From Prevotella sp. UBA1104 (GTDB lineage Bacteria > Bacteroidota > Bacteroidia > Bacteroidales > Bacteroidaceae), in the NCBI GenBank assembly GCA_002314055.1, contig DCBP01000096.1:19511-83510 (forward strand): a stretch of DNA of 64,000 nucleotides, given 5' to 3'. Positions 39,874 to 49,974 of this stretch are shown here, piece after piece. The position numbers and the translations under genes are program-made. Numbering within the stretch: position 1 is the first letter of the stretch; each line of letters starts with the position of its first letter. Below the pieces are notes generated by a model. It was not told the DNA's origin. It ran no database searches and saw nothing but the letters and a program-made list of their open reading frames with translations.

Positions 39874-40812
39874 TTAAAGAGGATTACATCCTTGTAAAAA
39901 TCCGAACTCATCAAAATAGAAAATTCCATTTTTTGTTCTGTAAACATAAATCTTTACACTTTCTCCATTTTGAATGACATTCTTTTCTTGTACAAAAGTT
40001 ACATTGCCATGATTGAAATCTTTGAATTCCCGCAGATTTACTTTGTCATGTGCATATAAAACATTTAGCATTTTAAAATTATATATCCCATTCTCGTCAA
40101 ATGAATCCAAATGTTCATTTGTTAATCCTCCGGGACAGTTCGCCAGTGCATCACATTGTGCATTAACCTCATTAATTATGCTTTCCTTATCATCTTTCCA
40201 ATATTCAGTTGCGTAAGCTACCATTTTATTGAAATATTCGACATCTCTATTACGCATATCCTTCGCCCACTTTCCATAACCATCAGATGTTTCATATTTT
40301 ATTAATATCCCATTCAGAAAATATAAATTGTATTTAAATTTTTCACTAACAATCATTCCGTTTTTTTGAGTTGTATCACAATCTATCTTCATTGCATCAG
40401 CAATAAAATTTATGGTAAAATTTTTCTCTTTTATGCCTTGATCCAAACAACTTTCTATTTTATAAGCGTCAAATTCCCTGTCAAAACTATATTCTTTAAG
40501 AAAAGAGTTAACATCTCGTTGATACAATTCTTTTACATTGTCTTCTGTTATAATTCCAATGATGTCTGATGTAAAACTTTTAAAGAGCACACAGAATATA
40601 TCCTGTTGCATATTTTCATCATAATTCATGTAAGTGTAAAAGAAATTTTCGCCATATCCCAATTTGGCTGCAACACCATTTATTGAAATATCCTTCAACG
40701 AAGAATATTTCAATTGGTATTCGCTTCCCGATTTTACAAAAACATTCCAAGCATTAGCATTAATAAATGTAAGAGTAAGAAAAAAGTAAAGTATTGTATA
40801 TTTCAGTTTCAT
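39874..40812 (-). CDS. Secreted hypothetical protein (cargo)
   Basis: Signal peptide ANA-W; AT-rich. Confidence 0.7.
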   Translation of the reverse strand: MKLKYTILYFFLTLTFINANAWNVFVKSGSEYQLKYSSLKDISINGVAAKLGYGENFFYTYMNYDENMQQDIFCVLFKSFTSDIIGIITEDNVKELYQRDVNSFLKEYSFDREFDAYKIESCLDQGIKEKNFTINFIADAMKIDCDTTQKNGMIVSEKFKYNLYFLNGILIKYETSDGYGKWAKDMRNRDVEYFNKMVAYATEYWKDDKESIINEVNAQCDALANCPGGLTNEHLDSFDENGIYNFKMLNVLYAHDKVNLREFKDFNHGNVTFVQEKNVIQNGESVKIYVYRTKNGIFYFDEFGFLQGCNPL

Positions 40813-40843
40813 AAGTTATATTATTTTGTCGTTGTATAAATCG

Positions 40844-41713
40844 TCAGTTGTAAATGTTTATGTTTTCAATGAAAGTAACATGCAAAGCTACGGTATCAGA
40901 AACAATGGACAATGGCATTTTACCTTCTAATACCAATAAAGACTTGGTTTTGGGATGCACTCCTTTTACACATTGTTCTGCATTTAGTATAGCATCATAC
41001 TTAATACATTGATATACACCTCGTAAAATGTCTGCATTATCAGATATTGCTGACTTGACCTCGACTGCAATCTGTGTGTCATCTTTCAGTATGAAGTAAA
41101 CATCGAGTCGGTCGCCAGACAAAAGTATATGCTCCATTTCCTTATGCTTGACATTCTTAATGCCAATACATTCGGGATGTTCGTAGATGTATTCTTTAAG
41201 TGCCTTATGCTTGATACTTTCAGAACTATGTTTAGAGAAAGTTCCCTTTCGGATTGTGTTCTCATACGCCTTGTTGTCAGAACCATTGTATGGTGTGAGT
41301 TCAAGTGCATTGAGAACATCTTGCCATCTGTCATAGTAGTAAGCTTCACAGTTGAGACGTTTCATTTGGTCGTTTTTCTGTTCGTCTGAGAGTGAGCTGT
41401 AATCATGGCTTACATAATCGAAACCGTTGCTCGGTAGTTTTGTCGTCTTGCTTATAACCTGGCAATTCAATGTCGGCACATCCTTAAATTCGGGACGTGC
41501 TTTCTTCAATGCTTTAAACACATCATCAATTAGCCCCAACACTTTGCCAATCTGGTCAGTTTTGTGTCCTACAGCCCTTGACAAATCTCCATAGGTATGT
41601 GGTGATTTGCTTACAGAAGCCCAGTATACAAGAACTGGTATCATCTTGCAAGCCCACATCGCATTTTTATGCCGAGGGTCATTCAGCAGAGACAAATATT
41701 CTGGTTCTTTCAT
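40844..41713 (-). CDS. PD-(D/E)XK nuclease with N-terminal HTH-like domain
   Basis: TYGDLSRAVG N-terminus; MEHILLSGDRLDV...VEVKS...GVYQCIKY (NucS/Mrr-like pattern). Confidence 0.65.
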   Translation of the reverse strand: MKEPEYLSLLNDPRHKNAMWACKMIPVLVYWASVSKSPHTYGDLSRAVGHKTDQIGKVLGLIDDVFKALKKARPEFKDVPTLNCQVISKTTKLPSNGFDYVSHDYSSLSDEQKNDQMKRLNCEAYYYDRWQDVLNALELTPYNGSDNKAYENTIRKGTFSKHSSESIKHKALKEYIYEHPECIGIKNVKHKEMEHILLSGDRLDVYFILKDDTQIAVEVKSAISDNADILRGVYQCIKYDAILNAEQCVKGVHPKTKSLLVLEGKMPLSIVSDTVALHVTFIENINIYN

Positions 41714-41841
41714 GAGATACTTGTTTTATTTGGACAAAGATACATATTCTATATGAATTTATACGTTAGTAAAGTTAAAAAGTTACACAAAAGCAACAAA
41801 TTGATTAATTATCACTAACTTTGTCGGCAAATTTACAAATT

Positions 41842-42045
41842 ATGGAAGACGTTAATCGCTTAAAATTAGTGCTTGTCGAAAAGAAGAAAACAAGCAAATG
41901 GTTGGCAGAAGAGTTGAAAGTAAACCCTTCAACAGTCTCAAAGTGGTGTACAAATACATCACAGCCGCCATTGGAAACATTGATACAAATATCTCAACTG
42001 TTACAGGTCGAATTGACAGAACTCGTAAGAATGCCCCAAAAATGA
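41842..42045 (+). CDS. XRE-family HTH regulator (RM controller-like)
   Basis: WLAEELKVNPSTVSKWCTNTSQP; first gene of the RM operon. Confidence 0.88.
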   Translation: MEDVNRLKLVLVEKKKTSKWLAEELKVNPSTVSKWCTNTSQPPLETLIQISQLLQVELTELVRMPQK

Positions 42046-42052
42046 ACTAAAG

Positions 42053-43405
42053 ATGATCACGACTATCAAGAAAAATTTTTCATTATTTGACTTTTGTAAG
42101 AAGAAAGCCGACAAGGTTCAGATATACGGTGAAGAAACATTGGATGATGAAGGAAATGTAATACCCTTTGTAGACCAAGCCGCCCTCATTACCCATTATT
42201 TGCAGCTAAGAAATAAAAATGTAGATATGCCTTATGCACAACAAGCCGAAGGCATATTAAATTTGTGGTATGAGTTTGTTAAAGGTGAGAAACAGCACAA
42301 ACCAGTTGATTTTGAAGGTGTGTCAGATTCGCCTGTTGGATATCAATCATATTTGTTTCCAGATTTATTTGAAGCTCCGTTTCAAGCTCCCAAGCATCCA
42401 AAATTCACATTTATAGATTTATTTGCTGGTATTGGAGGTTTTAGAATGGCATTCCAGAATCTTGGAGGTGAATGCGTATTTTCTTCCGAATGGGATGAAC
42501 AGGCAAAGAAAACCTATTATGCAAATTATGGTGATGTGCCTTTTGGAGATATAACAAAGGAAAGTACAAAGAACAAAATACCTAATGGGTTTGATATTCT
42601 TTGTGCAGGATTCCCGTGTCAGGCTTTCTCTCTTGCCGGAAAGCGACTCGGCTTTGAGGAAACTCGCGGTACATTGTTTTTTGATGTTGCGGAGATATTA
42701 CGCCGTTATCAGCCGAAGGCATTCTTCCTTGAAAATGTGAAAGGTCTTGTAATACATGACAAAGGAAGGACATTCAAGACTATTCTTAATACATTGGATG
42801 AAGTCGGATATGTTGTTCCAGATCCACAGATAGTAAATGCAATGTTCTTTGGTGTTCCACAGCATCGTGAGAGAATTTACATTGTTGGTTTCAGAAAGGA
42901 TTTGGGAATAAAGAAAGAGGATTTTTCTTATCCAGAGCAGAAAAAAGTAACAAAAAAGTGGATTGATGTTCGTGAAGAGAATCCTGTGCCAGCAAAGTAT
43001 TATCTTTCTACCACTTATATCGAAACGCTAAAACGGCACAAGGCTCGTCATGAGGCGAAAGGTCATGGCTTCGGATATGACATAATACCCGATGATGGTA
43101 TTGCACATGCTATTGTCGTAGGTGGTATGGGAAGAGAGAGTAACCTTGTTATAGATTTTCGTCAAACGGATCTTACGCCGACAACGAGGATTAAAGGTGA
43201 AGTAAATCGCCAAGGTTGGCGCAAGATGACTCCTCGTGAGTGGGCGCGTTTGCAGGGCTATCCGGACAATTTCAAAATTGTTGTAGCTGATGCCTCGGCA
43301 TACAAACAGTTTGGGAATAGTGTGGCTGTACCGGCAATACAGGCAACAGCAAAGCAGTTGCTTAAAACTTTGAATGATAAAAATATTCTCAAAATATGGG
43401 ACTAA
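42053..43405 (+). CDS. DNA (cytosine-5) methyltransferase, M.HpaII-like
   Basis: FIDLFAGIGG, AGFPCQAFS, LENVKGL, PQHRER, YKQFGNSV motifs. Confidence 0.96.
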   Translation: MITTIKKNFSLFDFCKKKADKVQIYGEETLDDEGNVIPFVDQAALITHYLQLRNKNVDMPYAQQAEGILNLWYEFVKGEKQHKPVDFEGVSDSPVGYQSYLFPDLFEAPFQAPKHPKFTFIDLFAGIGGFRMAFQNLGGECVFSSEWDEQAKKTYYANYGDVPFGDITKESTKNKIPNGFDILCAGFPCQAFSLAGKRLGFEETRGTLFFDVAEILRRYQPKAFFLENVKGLVIHDKGRTFKTILNTLDEVGYVVPDPQIVNAMFFGVPQHRERIYIVGFRKDLGIKKEDFSYPEQKKVTKKWIDVREENPVPAKYYLSTTYIETLKRHKARHEAKGHGFGYDIIPDDGIAHAIVVGGMGRESNLVIDFRQTDLTPTTRIKGEVNRQGWRKMTPREWARLQGYPDNFKIVVADASAYKQFGNSVAVPAIQATAKQLLKTLNDKNILKIWD

Positions 43406-43426
43406 AATAACTGAAAATATAATATT

Positions 43427-44506
43427 ATGGCATTAACAGGAAATAAAGGAGAATGGAGTGAGATATACACTCTTTTTAAATTGTTAGGTGATGGTAAAGT
43501 TCATGCTGGCGATGCCGATATGAACAAGTTGGAATTGTATTATCCAATTCTAAATATCATTCGCGAAGAAAGCAAGCGATACGAGTATAAGCCAAATACA
43601 GAGCAGAACATTGTTATCATAGATGAAGATGGTAATGAGTATGCTCGAATTTCCATGGACAGGTTTGTTGAAGAATCGTCAAAATTGTTGTCTGAAATTA
43701 AGGCGGCAAAGAAGAGTGCTTTTGAAATTCCAGAAGCTGAACGTTTCATGGGCGAGATTGGCTGTTCTAAATTGAAGGCACCTTCAACAGACAAGGCCGA
43801 CATTCATATTGTAATACATGATCTTCGAACGAATATGACTCCACTGTTGGGTTTCAGTATTAAATCGCAGTTAGGCAGTGCTTCAACTTTGCTTAATGCA
43901 GGAGCTACCACCAATATTACTTATAAGGTAGATGGAACAAAGTTGAGTGATGAAGATATTAATGCAATTAATGGGGTCAATAGTCATTTGGACCGTTTGT
44001 CAGCTTTATATGAAAAGGGATGCTCATTGGAATATAGTGATATAGACAATTCCGTTTTCAGAAATAATCTTCAGTTTCTGGATAATTGTATGCCACAATT
44101 TATTGGAGACTGCCTGTTGGTTGATAGTAAAGGGGCAAATTCCTCAATAGACCATTGTGTGAAAGAAGTTGCAAAGAATAATCCTTTTGACTACAAAGGC
44201 AAGAATGTAGAAGATTTCTATGCCCACAAGATGAAAGTTTTGCTTCTAAGTGCAGCCCTCGGTATGGTGCCAGGCAAGGAATGGACTGGACGGTATGATG
44301 CCAATGGTGGCTATCTCGTAGTCCGCAAGGATGGAGAAATTGTCTGCTATCATTTCTACAATCAGAATGATGTTGAAGACTATTTGTATAAGAATACTCG
44401 GTTTGAAAGAGCCAGTCGAAGCCGTTTTGGGTTTGGTAAACTGTATCGTGGGGAAGATGGTAGTGTTTACATGAAGCTGAACTTACAGATAAGATTTAAG
44501 AAATAA
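43427..44506 (+). CDS. Type II restriction endonuclease, HpaII family
   Basis: MALTGNKGEWSEIY, KADI, GFSIKSQLG, LNLQIRF; adjacent to the C5-MTase. Confidence 0.85.
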   Translation: MALTGNKGEWSEIYTLFKLLGDGKVHAGDADMNKLELYYPILNIIREESKRYEYKPNTEQNIVIIDEDGNEYARISMDRFVEESSKLLSEIKAAKKSAFEIPEAERFMGEIGCSKLKAPSTDKADIHIVIHDLRTNMTPLLGFSIKSQLGSASTLLNAGATTNITYKVDGTKLSDEDINAINGVNSHLDRLSALYEKGCSLEYSDIDNSVFRNNLQFLDNCMPQFIGDCLLVDSKGANSSIDHCVKEVAKNNPFDYKGKNVEDFYAHKMKVLLLSAALGMVPGKEWTGRYDANGGYLVVRKDGEIVCYHFYNQNDVEDYLYKNTRFERASRSRFGFGKLYRGEDGSVYMKLNLQIRFKK

Positions 44507-44556
44507 ATAGACCTGTTCCTTTTTAGTGGTTTGGCAGAAAATAAAAGATTATTGGC

Positions 44557-45906
44557 ATGGACTTCGATTTTAAATATTCAAATTCATACACAGGGATATG
44601 GTATATTCCAAATTCTCAAAATGATATAAAAATATACGGCACACTATCACTGGACAAGCAATCTATGACAATAGATTTTGTAACAAGTGGAATAAATAAT
44701 GATTACCTTGGAATAAACATTCCAAGGATGGATGGTATAGTCTTTTCCACTGATGAAAAAGGAAAAGAGTGTACATATACATTGTCATTAAGAAATTTGC
44801 TCTTTTTAAAAAAAAATCCATTTTACATTGATTGTAATCATTTTTTATATGATGTTAAAACTTTAATAATTTATAAAGGAAAAGTTGATTTTGGTAAGAT
44901 TAAAAGTGTCTGCTTTTATACAAAAATGTTAAACAAATGGGCAAGCCATCAGATAAAGGATTGTTTCAAAGATTCAAAGTTATTTGAAGGAAAAATATCC
45001 TTTTCTTGTCCACAACCAATTGTTTTATTTGAAAATTCAGAAATAGAATTATCATTATTCATAGGTCATAAATCTTTTTTTGATAATGAAACCGTTGGTA
45101 TCAATGTAAAACCTTTCTTTACGCTAAACTTTAAAAGCCCTGTAGAATTTGGGAAAGCTCAGTTTGAAATAAACAAATATTCGCAATTGTTATTTTTATT
45201 GTGGAACAATAACTATGAATTCGACTTTGTTGAATACCGCACAGAAGAAGGACGGTTTACTTGTAAAACAAGTGAGAAGCATCTCTTCCGTTATATGTCG
45301 ACATATAAAAATGCGTCTCCATTTACAGAACTATCAGACATTCTTAATGAAAAGTTGTCTTTTGAAATAATAAAGAAATGGACAAATCTTTATGAAGAGT
45401 ATAAAGTTGCAATTATCACTTTCATAGAAACAACTTTAAATTCAATTTCTTCTCCATCAATGAAGATTAAAAATTACATAAGCGCTCTTGATGCCTTTTC
45501 AAAGGATATGAAAGGAGAAGAAAAAGAAATCGATAAAAACTCAAAAAAATCACGCACAATATATGGTATATTAGGAAAGGTGGATAAAATCATTTCGAGA
45601 GATGAAATTAATAAACTGAAGACATGGACTCTAATAGAAAAAGGAACAGCTTTAAAACCCAGGTTAAAAAAAATGATTTCGGAACTTGATGAATTACTTT
45701 CAGATAGTGGTATTGATAATACATTTATTGAAAAGATAGTTAACACAAGGAATAATTTTACTCATCCAAAGGAGTATGAAGAAAATTCATTTAAATATTC
45801 AGAATTGGATGATGCAGCATATTTGCTGACAAAAATAATTAGAGCGTTCTTGTTGAGGAAAATTGGATTAGATAAGAATTTAATAAAAGGAATCATAAAA
45901 TTCTAA
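44557..45906 (+). CDS. ApeA-like HEPN-domain protein
   Basis: N-terminal GIWYIP...GTL beta domain; C-terminal RNNFTH (Rx4H) motif. Confidence 0.72.
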   Translation: MDFDFKYSNSYTGIWYIPNSQNDIKIYGTLSLDKQSMTIDFVTSGINNDYLGINIPRMDGIVFSTDEKGKECTYTLSLRNLLFLKKNPFYIDCNHFLYDVKTLIIYKGKVDFGKIKSVCFYTKMLNKWASHQIKDCFKDSKLFEGKISFSCPQPIVLFENSEIELSLFIGHKSFFDNETVGINVKPFFTLNFKSPVEFGKAQFEINKYSQLLFLLWNNNYEFDFVEYRTEEGRFTCKTSEKHLFRYMSTYKNASPFTELSDILNEKLSFEIIKKWTNLYEEYKVAIITFIETTLNSISSPSMKIKNYISALDAFSKDMKGEEKEIDKNSKKSRTIYGILGKVDKIISRDEINKLKTWTLIEKGTALKPRLKKMISELDELLSDSGIDNTFIEKIVNTRNNFTHPKEYEENSFKYSELDDAAYLLTKIIRAFLLRKIGLDKNLIKGIIKF

Positions 45907-45939
45907 TATAATAGCATCTTTAAATATAATGAATAGCAA

Positions 45940-46362
45940 ATGAAAAAATTTATATTATTGTTTGTTTTTGGCATTATATATGCAACAAGCATTTGTGCAC
46001 AACAAAAATTTTTCTGTGAAATAAAAGGAGCAGAAAAAGAGTTATCATCAGGACTAAAAATAGTTTTTGACTTTGGTAAAGATCCTGTTTATGGTAGCCT
46101 TTCAACTCTGAAGAGCAAACAGAAATTAGTTGATGAAAAAGGTGAAGTAATTTCATTTAATAGTATGGTCGATGCCGGAAATTATCTATCTGGGAAAGGT
46201 TGGACATTTGTTCAAGCATACTCGTCTGATTATGGTGGACAGGCAATAAATCATTGGATATTCAGTAAAGAATCTGAGAGCTTAGAAAAGGCTTGCGAGG
46301 GAATAGTAACAAAAGGAATGTATGAGCAATCTCATAAACGAGTTGGATATTATGGAAATTGA
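45940..46362 (+). CDS. Secreted hypothetical protein
   Basis: Signal peptide; FNSMVDAGNYLSGKGW motif. Confidence 0.7.
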   Translation: MKKFILLFVFGIIYATSICAQQKFFCEIKGAEKELSSGLKIVFDFGKDPVYGSLSTLKSKQKLVDEKGEVISFNSMVDAGNYLSGKGWTFVQAYSSDYGGQAINHWIFSKESESLEKACEGIVTKGMYEQSHKRVGYYGN

Positions 46363-46705
46363 ATTTTTGATAGCTTTGAGAGATGTATTGGAGGAAATGG
46401 AGAAGTCTGGTGGAGAATACAGTGAAAGTGAAATAGAAAAGTTTGCTCCTAAATACTCACAAGCTATAGTAAAAATGCTATGTGATGAAAATGTAATAAC
46501 ACCATGTATAGGAGGATGTCTAATTATAAAGCCGAACGGGAATTTACTATTACTTTTGGAAAGAACAAAAGGAGTAATTTCTGAAAAAATACAAGCTAAA
46601 AAGGATCATGTATTTAATAGATGTAAAGCCTATCTTACAATAGGCTGTTCTATTATAGCACTGATCATCTCCATAATTTCCATAATTGTCAGCTGTAACC
46701 ATTAG
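46322..46705 (+). CDS. Hypothetical protein with C-terminal TM helix
   Basis: 127-aa ORF overlapping the upstream gene. Confidence 0.6.
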   Translation: MSNLINELDIMEIEFLIALRDVLEEMEKSGGEYSESEIEKFAPKYSQAIVKMLCDENVITPCIGGCLIIKPNGNLLLLLERTKGVISEKIQAKKDHVFNRCKAYLTIGCSIIALIISIISIIVSCNH

Positions 46706-46715
46706 TGATAGACCT

Positions 46716-47219
46716 ATGGACAAGATGACCAAAGAGCAGCGCAGCCGTTGTATGGCATCCATACACAGCAAGGACACCAAGCCGGAGATATTGGTTCGGC
46801 GGTATCTCTTTGCCCATGGGTTCCGGTATCGGGTAAACCATCCGCGACTGCCGGGGCATCCCGATATCGTGATGCGCAAGTACCGTACGGTCATCTTTGT
46901 AAACGGTTGCTTTTGGCATGGACATGAAGGATGCAAATACTTTGTATTGCCCAAAAGCAGGACGGAGTTTTGGCAAGCGAAGATAGAGCGCAATATTCAG
47001 CGAGATAAGGAAGAACAGAAACGGCTTGCCGATATGGGTTGGCATTGCATTACTGTATGGGAATGCCAGTTGAAGCCAAAGGTGAGAGATGAAACTTTGC
47101 GTTCTTTGGAATACACGATTAATCATATCTATGTTGAAGACCATAAGGTTAGGAGATATGAGATGCCGGAGGAGGAAAGAGAGATGGCGGCGGAGCCTGA
47201 TAAAAATATGGAAAATTAG
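46716..47219 (+). CDS. vsr: Very-short-patch repair endonuclease
   Basis: RSRCMASIHSKDTKPE, LPGHPDIV, FVNGCFWHGH, VWECQL. Confidence 0.95.
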   Translation: MDKMTKEQRSRCMASIHSKDTKPEILVRRYLFAHGFRYRVNHPRLPGHPDIVMRKYRTVIFVNGCFWHGHEGCKYFVLPKSRTEFWQAKIERNIQRDKEEQKRLADMGWHCITVWECQLKPKVRDETLRSLEYTINHIYVEDHKVRRYEMPEEEREMAAEPDKNMEN

Positions 47220-47248
47220 AAAAATAATTAATAATCTTATTAAAGAAA

Positions 47249-47725
47249 ATGAATATGAGTACACGAAAAAAAATAATCCTGACATGTGTAATAGGATTGG
47301 TAATTGGAATTATTGGTGGGGGAATTAGTGGATATTTCGTAGGATATTATCAAGGCTGTGATATAGGTTATAATAAAGGATATTACGAAAAAGAAAGTGA
47401 GGATACAAGTAAAACTGAAAAAAAAGTAGAAAATGGTTTAATTCTTTTCGATACCCCCCAAAAAGAAATACATGTAAGTTCATTTCATGTCTTTCAAGTT
47501 ATGTCGAATGGCAGTGCTTTAGCTGAATGTTATGATACAGGTAGTGATGATCTTGCTTTTGAGGCAGTGGTTAGGTTTCAAGCAACAGAAGGGAATGTAT
47601 ATTATGATGACCAAATAATAAAATTATCGGAAGGAAAGCATTTTAGACTTATTGGAACATATGATTATGAAAGTCGAAAAAATGGTTGGAAAACAGTTCC
47701 TGTTATAGGTATCTTTGACAAATAA
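47249..47725 (+). CDS. Membrane-anchored hypothetical protein
   Basis: N-terminal TM helix; YYDDQII and GTYDYES...KTVPV motifs. Confidence 0.7.
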   Translation: MNMSTRKKIILTCVIGLVIGIIGGGISGYFVGYYQGCDIGYNKGYYEKESEDTSKTEKKVENGLILFDTPQKEIHVSSFHVFQVMSNGSALAECYDTGSDDLAFEAVVRFQATEGNVYYDDQIIKLSEGKHFRLIGTYDYESRKNGWKTVPVIGIFDK

Positions 47726-47742
47726 AAGAAGGAGTATTATAA

Positions 47743-47973
47743 TTACATATACACCTCCACACCATTCACCTCAAATATACACACATCGCGAAGCTGCCGG
47801 ATTTGATTAGAGTCCAGCAGCTTCATTCGTCTTGTACCTTTGTAGAAGTCGTATTTGAGGGAGATGCAACGGCGCCAGAACTGGATCTCGCCGCTCTTTG
47901 TCCAGAGACGGATGTCGACGGGTTCGGGGGAGGAGAGGATTTTTCTTAGAGTGGTGATGTGGATGCTACGCAT
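47743..47973 (-). CDS. Small phage hypothetical protein
   Basis: 76 aa, phage-like GC, co-directional with structural genes. Confidence 0.65.
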   Translation of the reverse strand: MRSIHITTLRKILSSPEPVDIRLWTKSGEIQFWRRCISLKYDFYKGTRRMKLLDSNQIRQLRDVCIFEVNGVEVYM

Positions 47974-48023
47974 GGAAGATGGAAAGATTGAAAGATGGAA
48001 AGATTGAAAAGGGGCGGTGATTG

Positions 48024-49085
48024 TTAATCGAAAGGTGGGGTGTATTGACTGGTGAAGACGTTAGCCGGGGATGGGACATTAGCCGGGAAGATGTTGTCGG
48101 TGAACTTGTACTTGAACTTGATGGAGTTGGTGGCGTTGTCGGCATCAGAGATTTCAGAGGTGATGTCGGTGATGATAATAGGGAGACCATAATCCTCATT
48201 GACGTCCGTAACGAGAGAAACGGAATGCGAGAGAAGAAGAGTGGAGATGCGGACGGCATCATCATATTGTAGCATGGACGTTTCAACCTCGAATTCAGAA
48301 TCCGTGGTATCGTCGTAAAAAGATGTTTCGCCATTGCAGACAGCTGTGGAACGTTCAAAATTGGTGATGCGCTTTGTAGTGCAATACAGAAAGATATATT
48401 CGTATTGCATAAACTCGTTGTAAACGGAAAGGATGATGTTGGGCTGCTTGTCAATGACATAAAACGTCTTGGCAAGAGCACCCCGGTGAACGGTAAAGGA
48501 AAGGAGTTTCCCTTTAGTCTTCAATCGGGAAGCGATGTATTCGGGAGAAATGTCCACGGACTGGTTGGTGCCTATAGCTGGGGTGCTCGTGCCCTCGTCG
48601 ACAGTTTCAATGGTAGGCGATGACTTTCCGTTTTCCATAACAAGACAATCCGTGTATTTTTTTATTGTGCTGTTTGCTGTTGGGATAAAAGAAAGAAACT
48701 GGATGGCAGAGCGCGGAATGAGATACACCTTCGCCGTGGTGAGGAAGTTGGACTGTAAGAAAACTTGGGCAGACCATTCAAGATAGATTTTAGCGAAGAC
48801 CACGATCCTGTCCTCCTTCGTCTGTGCCGTTTCCGAATCCGTCTGTGCCTTGATTTGAAACTTTGTTATACTTCTGTTGTATTTGGTAAGATAATTCTCC
48901 AAAATAGAGCGGAGGTCATAGAAATAGGCATAATTGTTGAACGGATATAGAGTGGTTTGGAAAATTGCCGAGCCGGAGCACAGGACAGAAACCGCGACAG
49001 ACTGAGCGTCAGTTCTTATGGGGATTCTCTTGGGGAGACTCGACGAGAAGGTGAAAGTGGATGGCGAGAAAGAAATAGTAAGCAT
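48024..49085 (-). CDS. Phage hypothetical protein (possible tail component)
   Basis: 353 aa, beta-rich, element-specific promoter upstream. Confidence 0.65.
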   Translation of the reverse strand: MLTISFSPSTFTFSSSLPKRIPIRTDAQSVAVSVLCSGSAIFQTTLYPFNNYAYFYDLRSILENYLTKYNRSITKFQIKAQTDSETAQTKEDRIVVFAKIYLEWSAQVFLQSNFLTTAKVYLIPRSAIQFLSFIPTANSTIKKYTDCLVMENGKSSPTIETVDEGTSTPAIGTNQSVDISPEYIASRLKTKGKLLSFTVHRGALAKTFYVIDKQPNIILSVYNEFMQYEYIFLYCTTKRITNFERSTAVCNGETSFYDDTTDSEFEVETSMLQYDDAVRISTLLLSHSVSLVTDVNEDYGLPIIITDITSEISDADNATNSIKFKYKFTDNIFPANVPSPANVFTSQYTPPFD

Positions 49086-49099
49086 AGTGATTTTTGTTT

Positions 49100-49134
49100 C
49101 AAAGATAGGAAGGAAACCGTTAGTACCAAAAGAC
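49100..49134 (-). promoter_or_regulatory. Element-specific promoter GTCTTTT-N20-TATCTTTG
   Basis: Exact motif. Confidence 0.7.
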
Positions 49135-49337
49135 GGAAGTTGAATTTAGAGTTTAGTGTGTAGAATGTAGAGTTGTCGGCGAAGCCGATTGAGAATTGGA
49201 GAATGAAGAAAGAAAATTGGAGAATAAAGAATTTTCCGCTAAGCTCCAACAGGGCGGTGGGTGGGGAAACGAATAAGAAACGGACACGACCGATGGAAGA
49301 AAGGAAGAAGTCCGAAATTCGGACTTCTTCCCTCCGC

Positions 49338-49655
49338 CTAAGCCCTCTTTTCCGCCTTCGGCTTGCGCCCCCTTCTTTTCTTGGGCATTTCCTCTGTGGC
49401 GGCGACCGCCTTCTGCTCCGTGGCTGCTGCGGCAGCCTTGCCGAGAGCAATCTCGTGAGAGAGGCGAGAGAGACAATTATCAGAGATGTTCAGCCCGGAA
49501 CGCTTTTTGAGGAGGAACATAAGGCGCATCGCCTTATACGCGCTTTTGCAGTAAAACCTCTCATTACTGTCATTGCTGAAATAAACGAACCAGATACTGT
49601 TTTCAGAATAAAGATTAACGGCTTTAGCAGCCAAGATAACATTAGGAGTATTCAT
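49338..49655 (-). CDS. Small basic hypothetical protein
   Basis: 105 aa, C-terminal [10 protein letters not shown] (AT-hook-like). Confidence 0.65.
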   Translation of the reverse strand: MNTPNVILAAKAVNLYSENSIWFVYFSNDSNERFYCKSAYKAMRLMFLLKKRSGLNISDNCLSRLSHEIALGKAAAAATEQKAVAATEEMPKKRRGRKPKAEKRA

Positions 49656-49687
49656 AACTTATAATATTTAAAAGTGAAACAATCAGA

Positions 49688-49912
49688 TTAATGAATGAGA
49701 TAGGCTTCGATATATGTGATGTCAACCATAGCGTCCGCTGCGAGCATTTCCGCCTTTGCGCTTGCCTCTGCATAAGAATCGGCTTCGATCTCATATTCAA
49801 GATATTCTCCATCCTCTCCATTGATAACAACCTGATAGAGATTGCTTGAATGTTCAACTCTTCTACCTCTTTTGTTAAGGCGATATTCCGATTCAAAAAC
49901 TGTATTAACCAT
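49688..49912 (-). CDS. Small acidic hypothetical protein
   Basis: 74 aa with an acidic C-terminal half; downstream of the large hairpin. Confidence 0.6.
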   Translation of the reverse strand: MVNTVFESEYRLNKRGRRVEHSSNLYQVVINGEDGEYLEYEIEADSYAEASAKAEMLAADAMVDITYIEAYLIH

Positions 49913-49974
49913 AATCTAAAATTTTTATTGTTCGACTTAGAGTGAAGCACCGAAGTGCTTTTGTAATTTTTACG

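Noticed and set aside
49016..49476. Minus-strand ORFs of 144 and 107 aa, and similar ORFs at 35975-36328 and 50060-50290
   Set aside because: Translations are dominated by repeat-derived FSIL/NSKF patterns and overlap better ORFs or promoters
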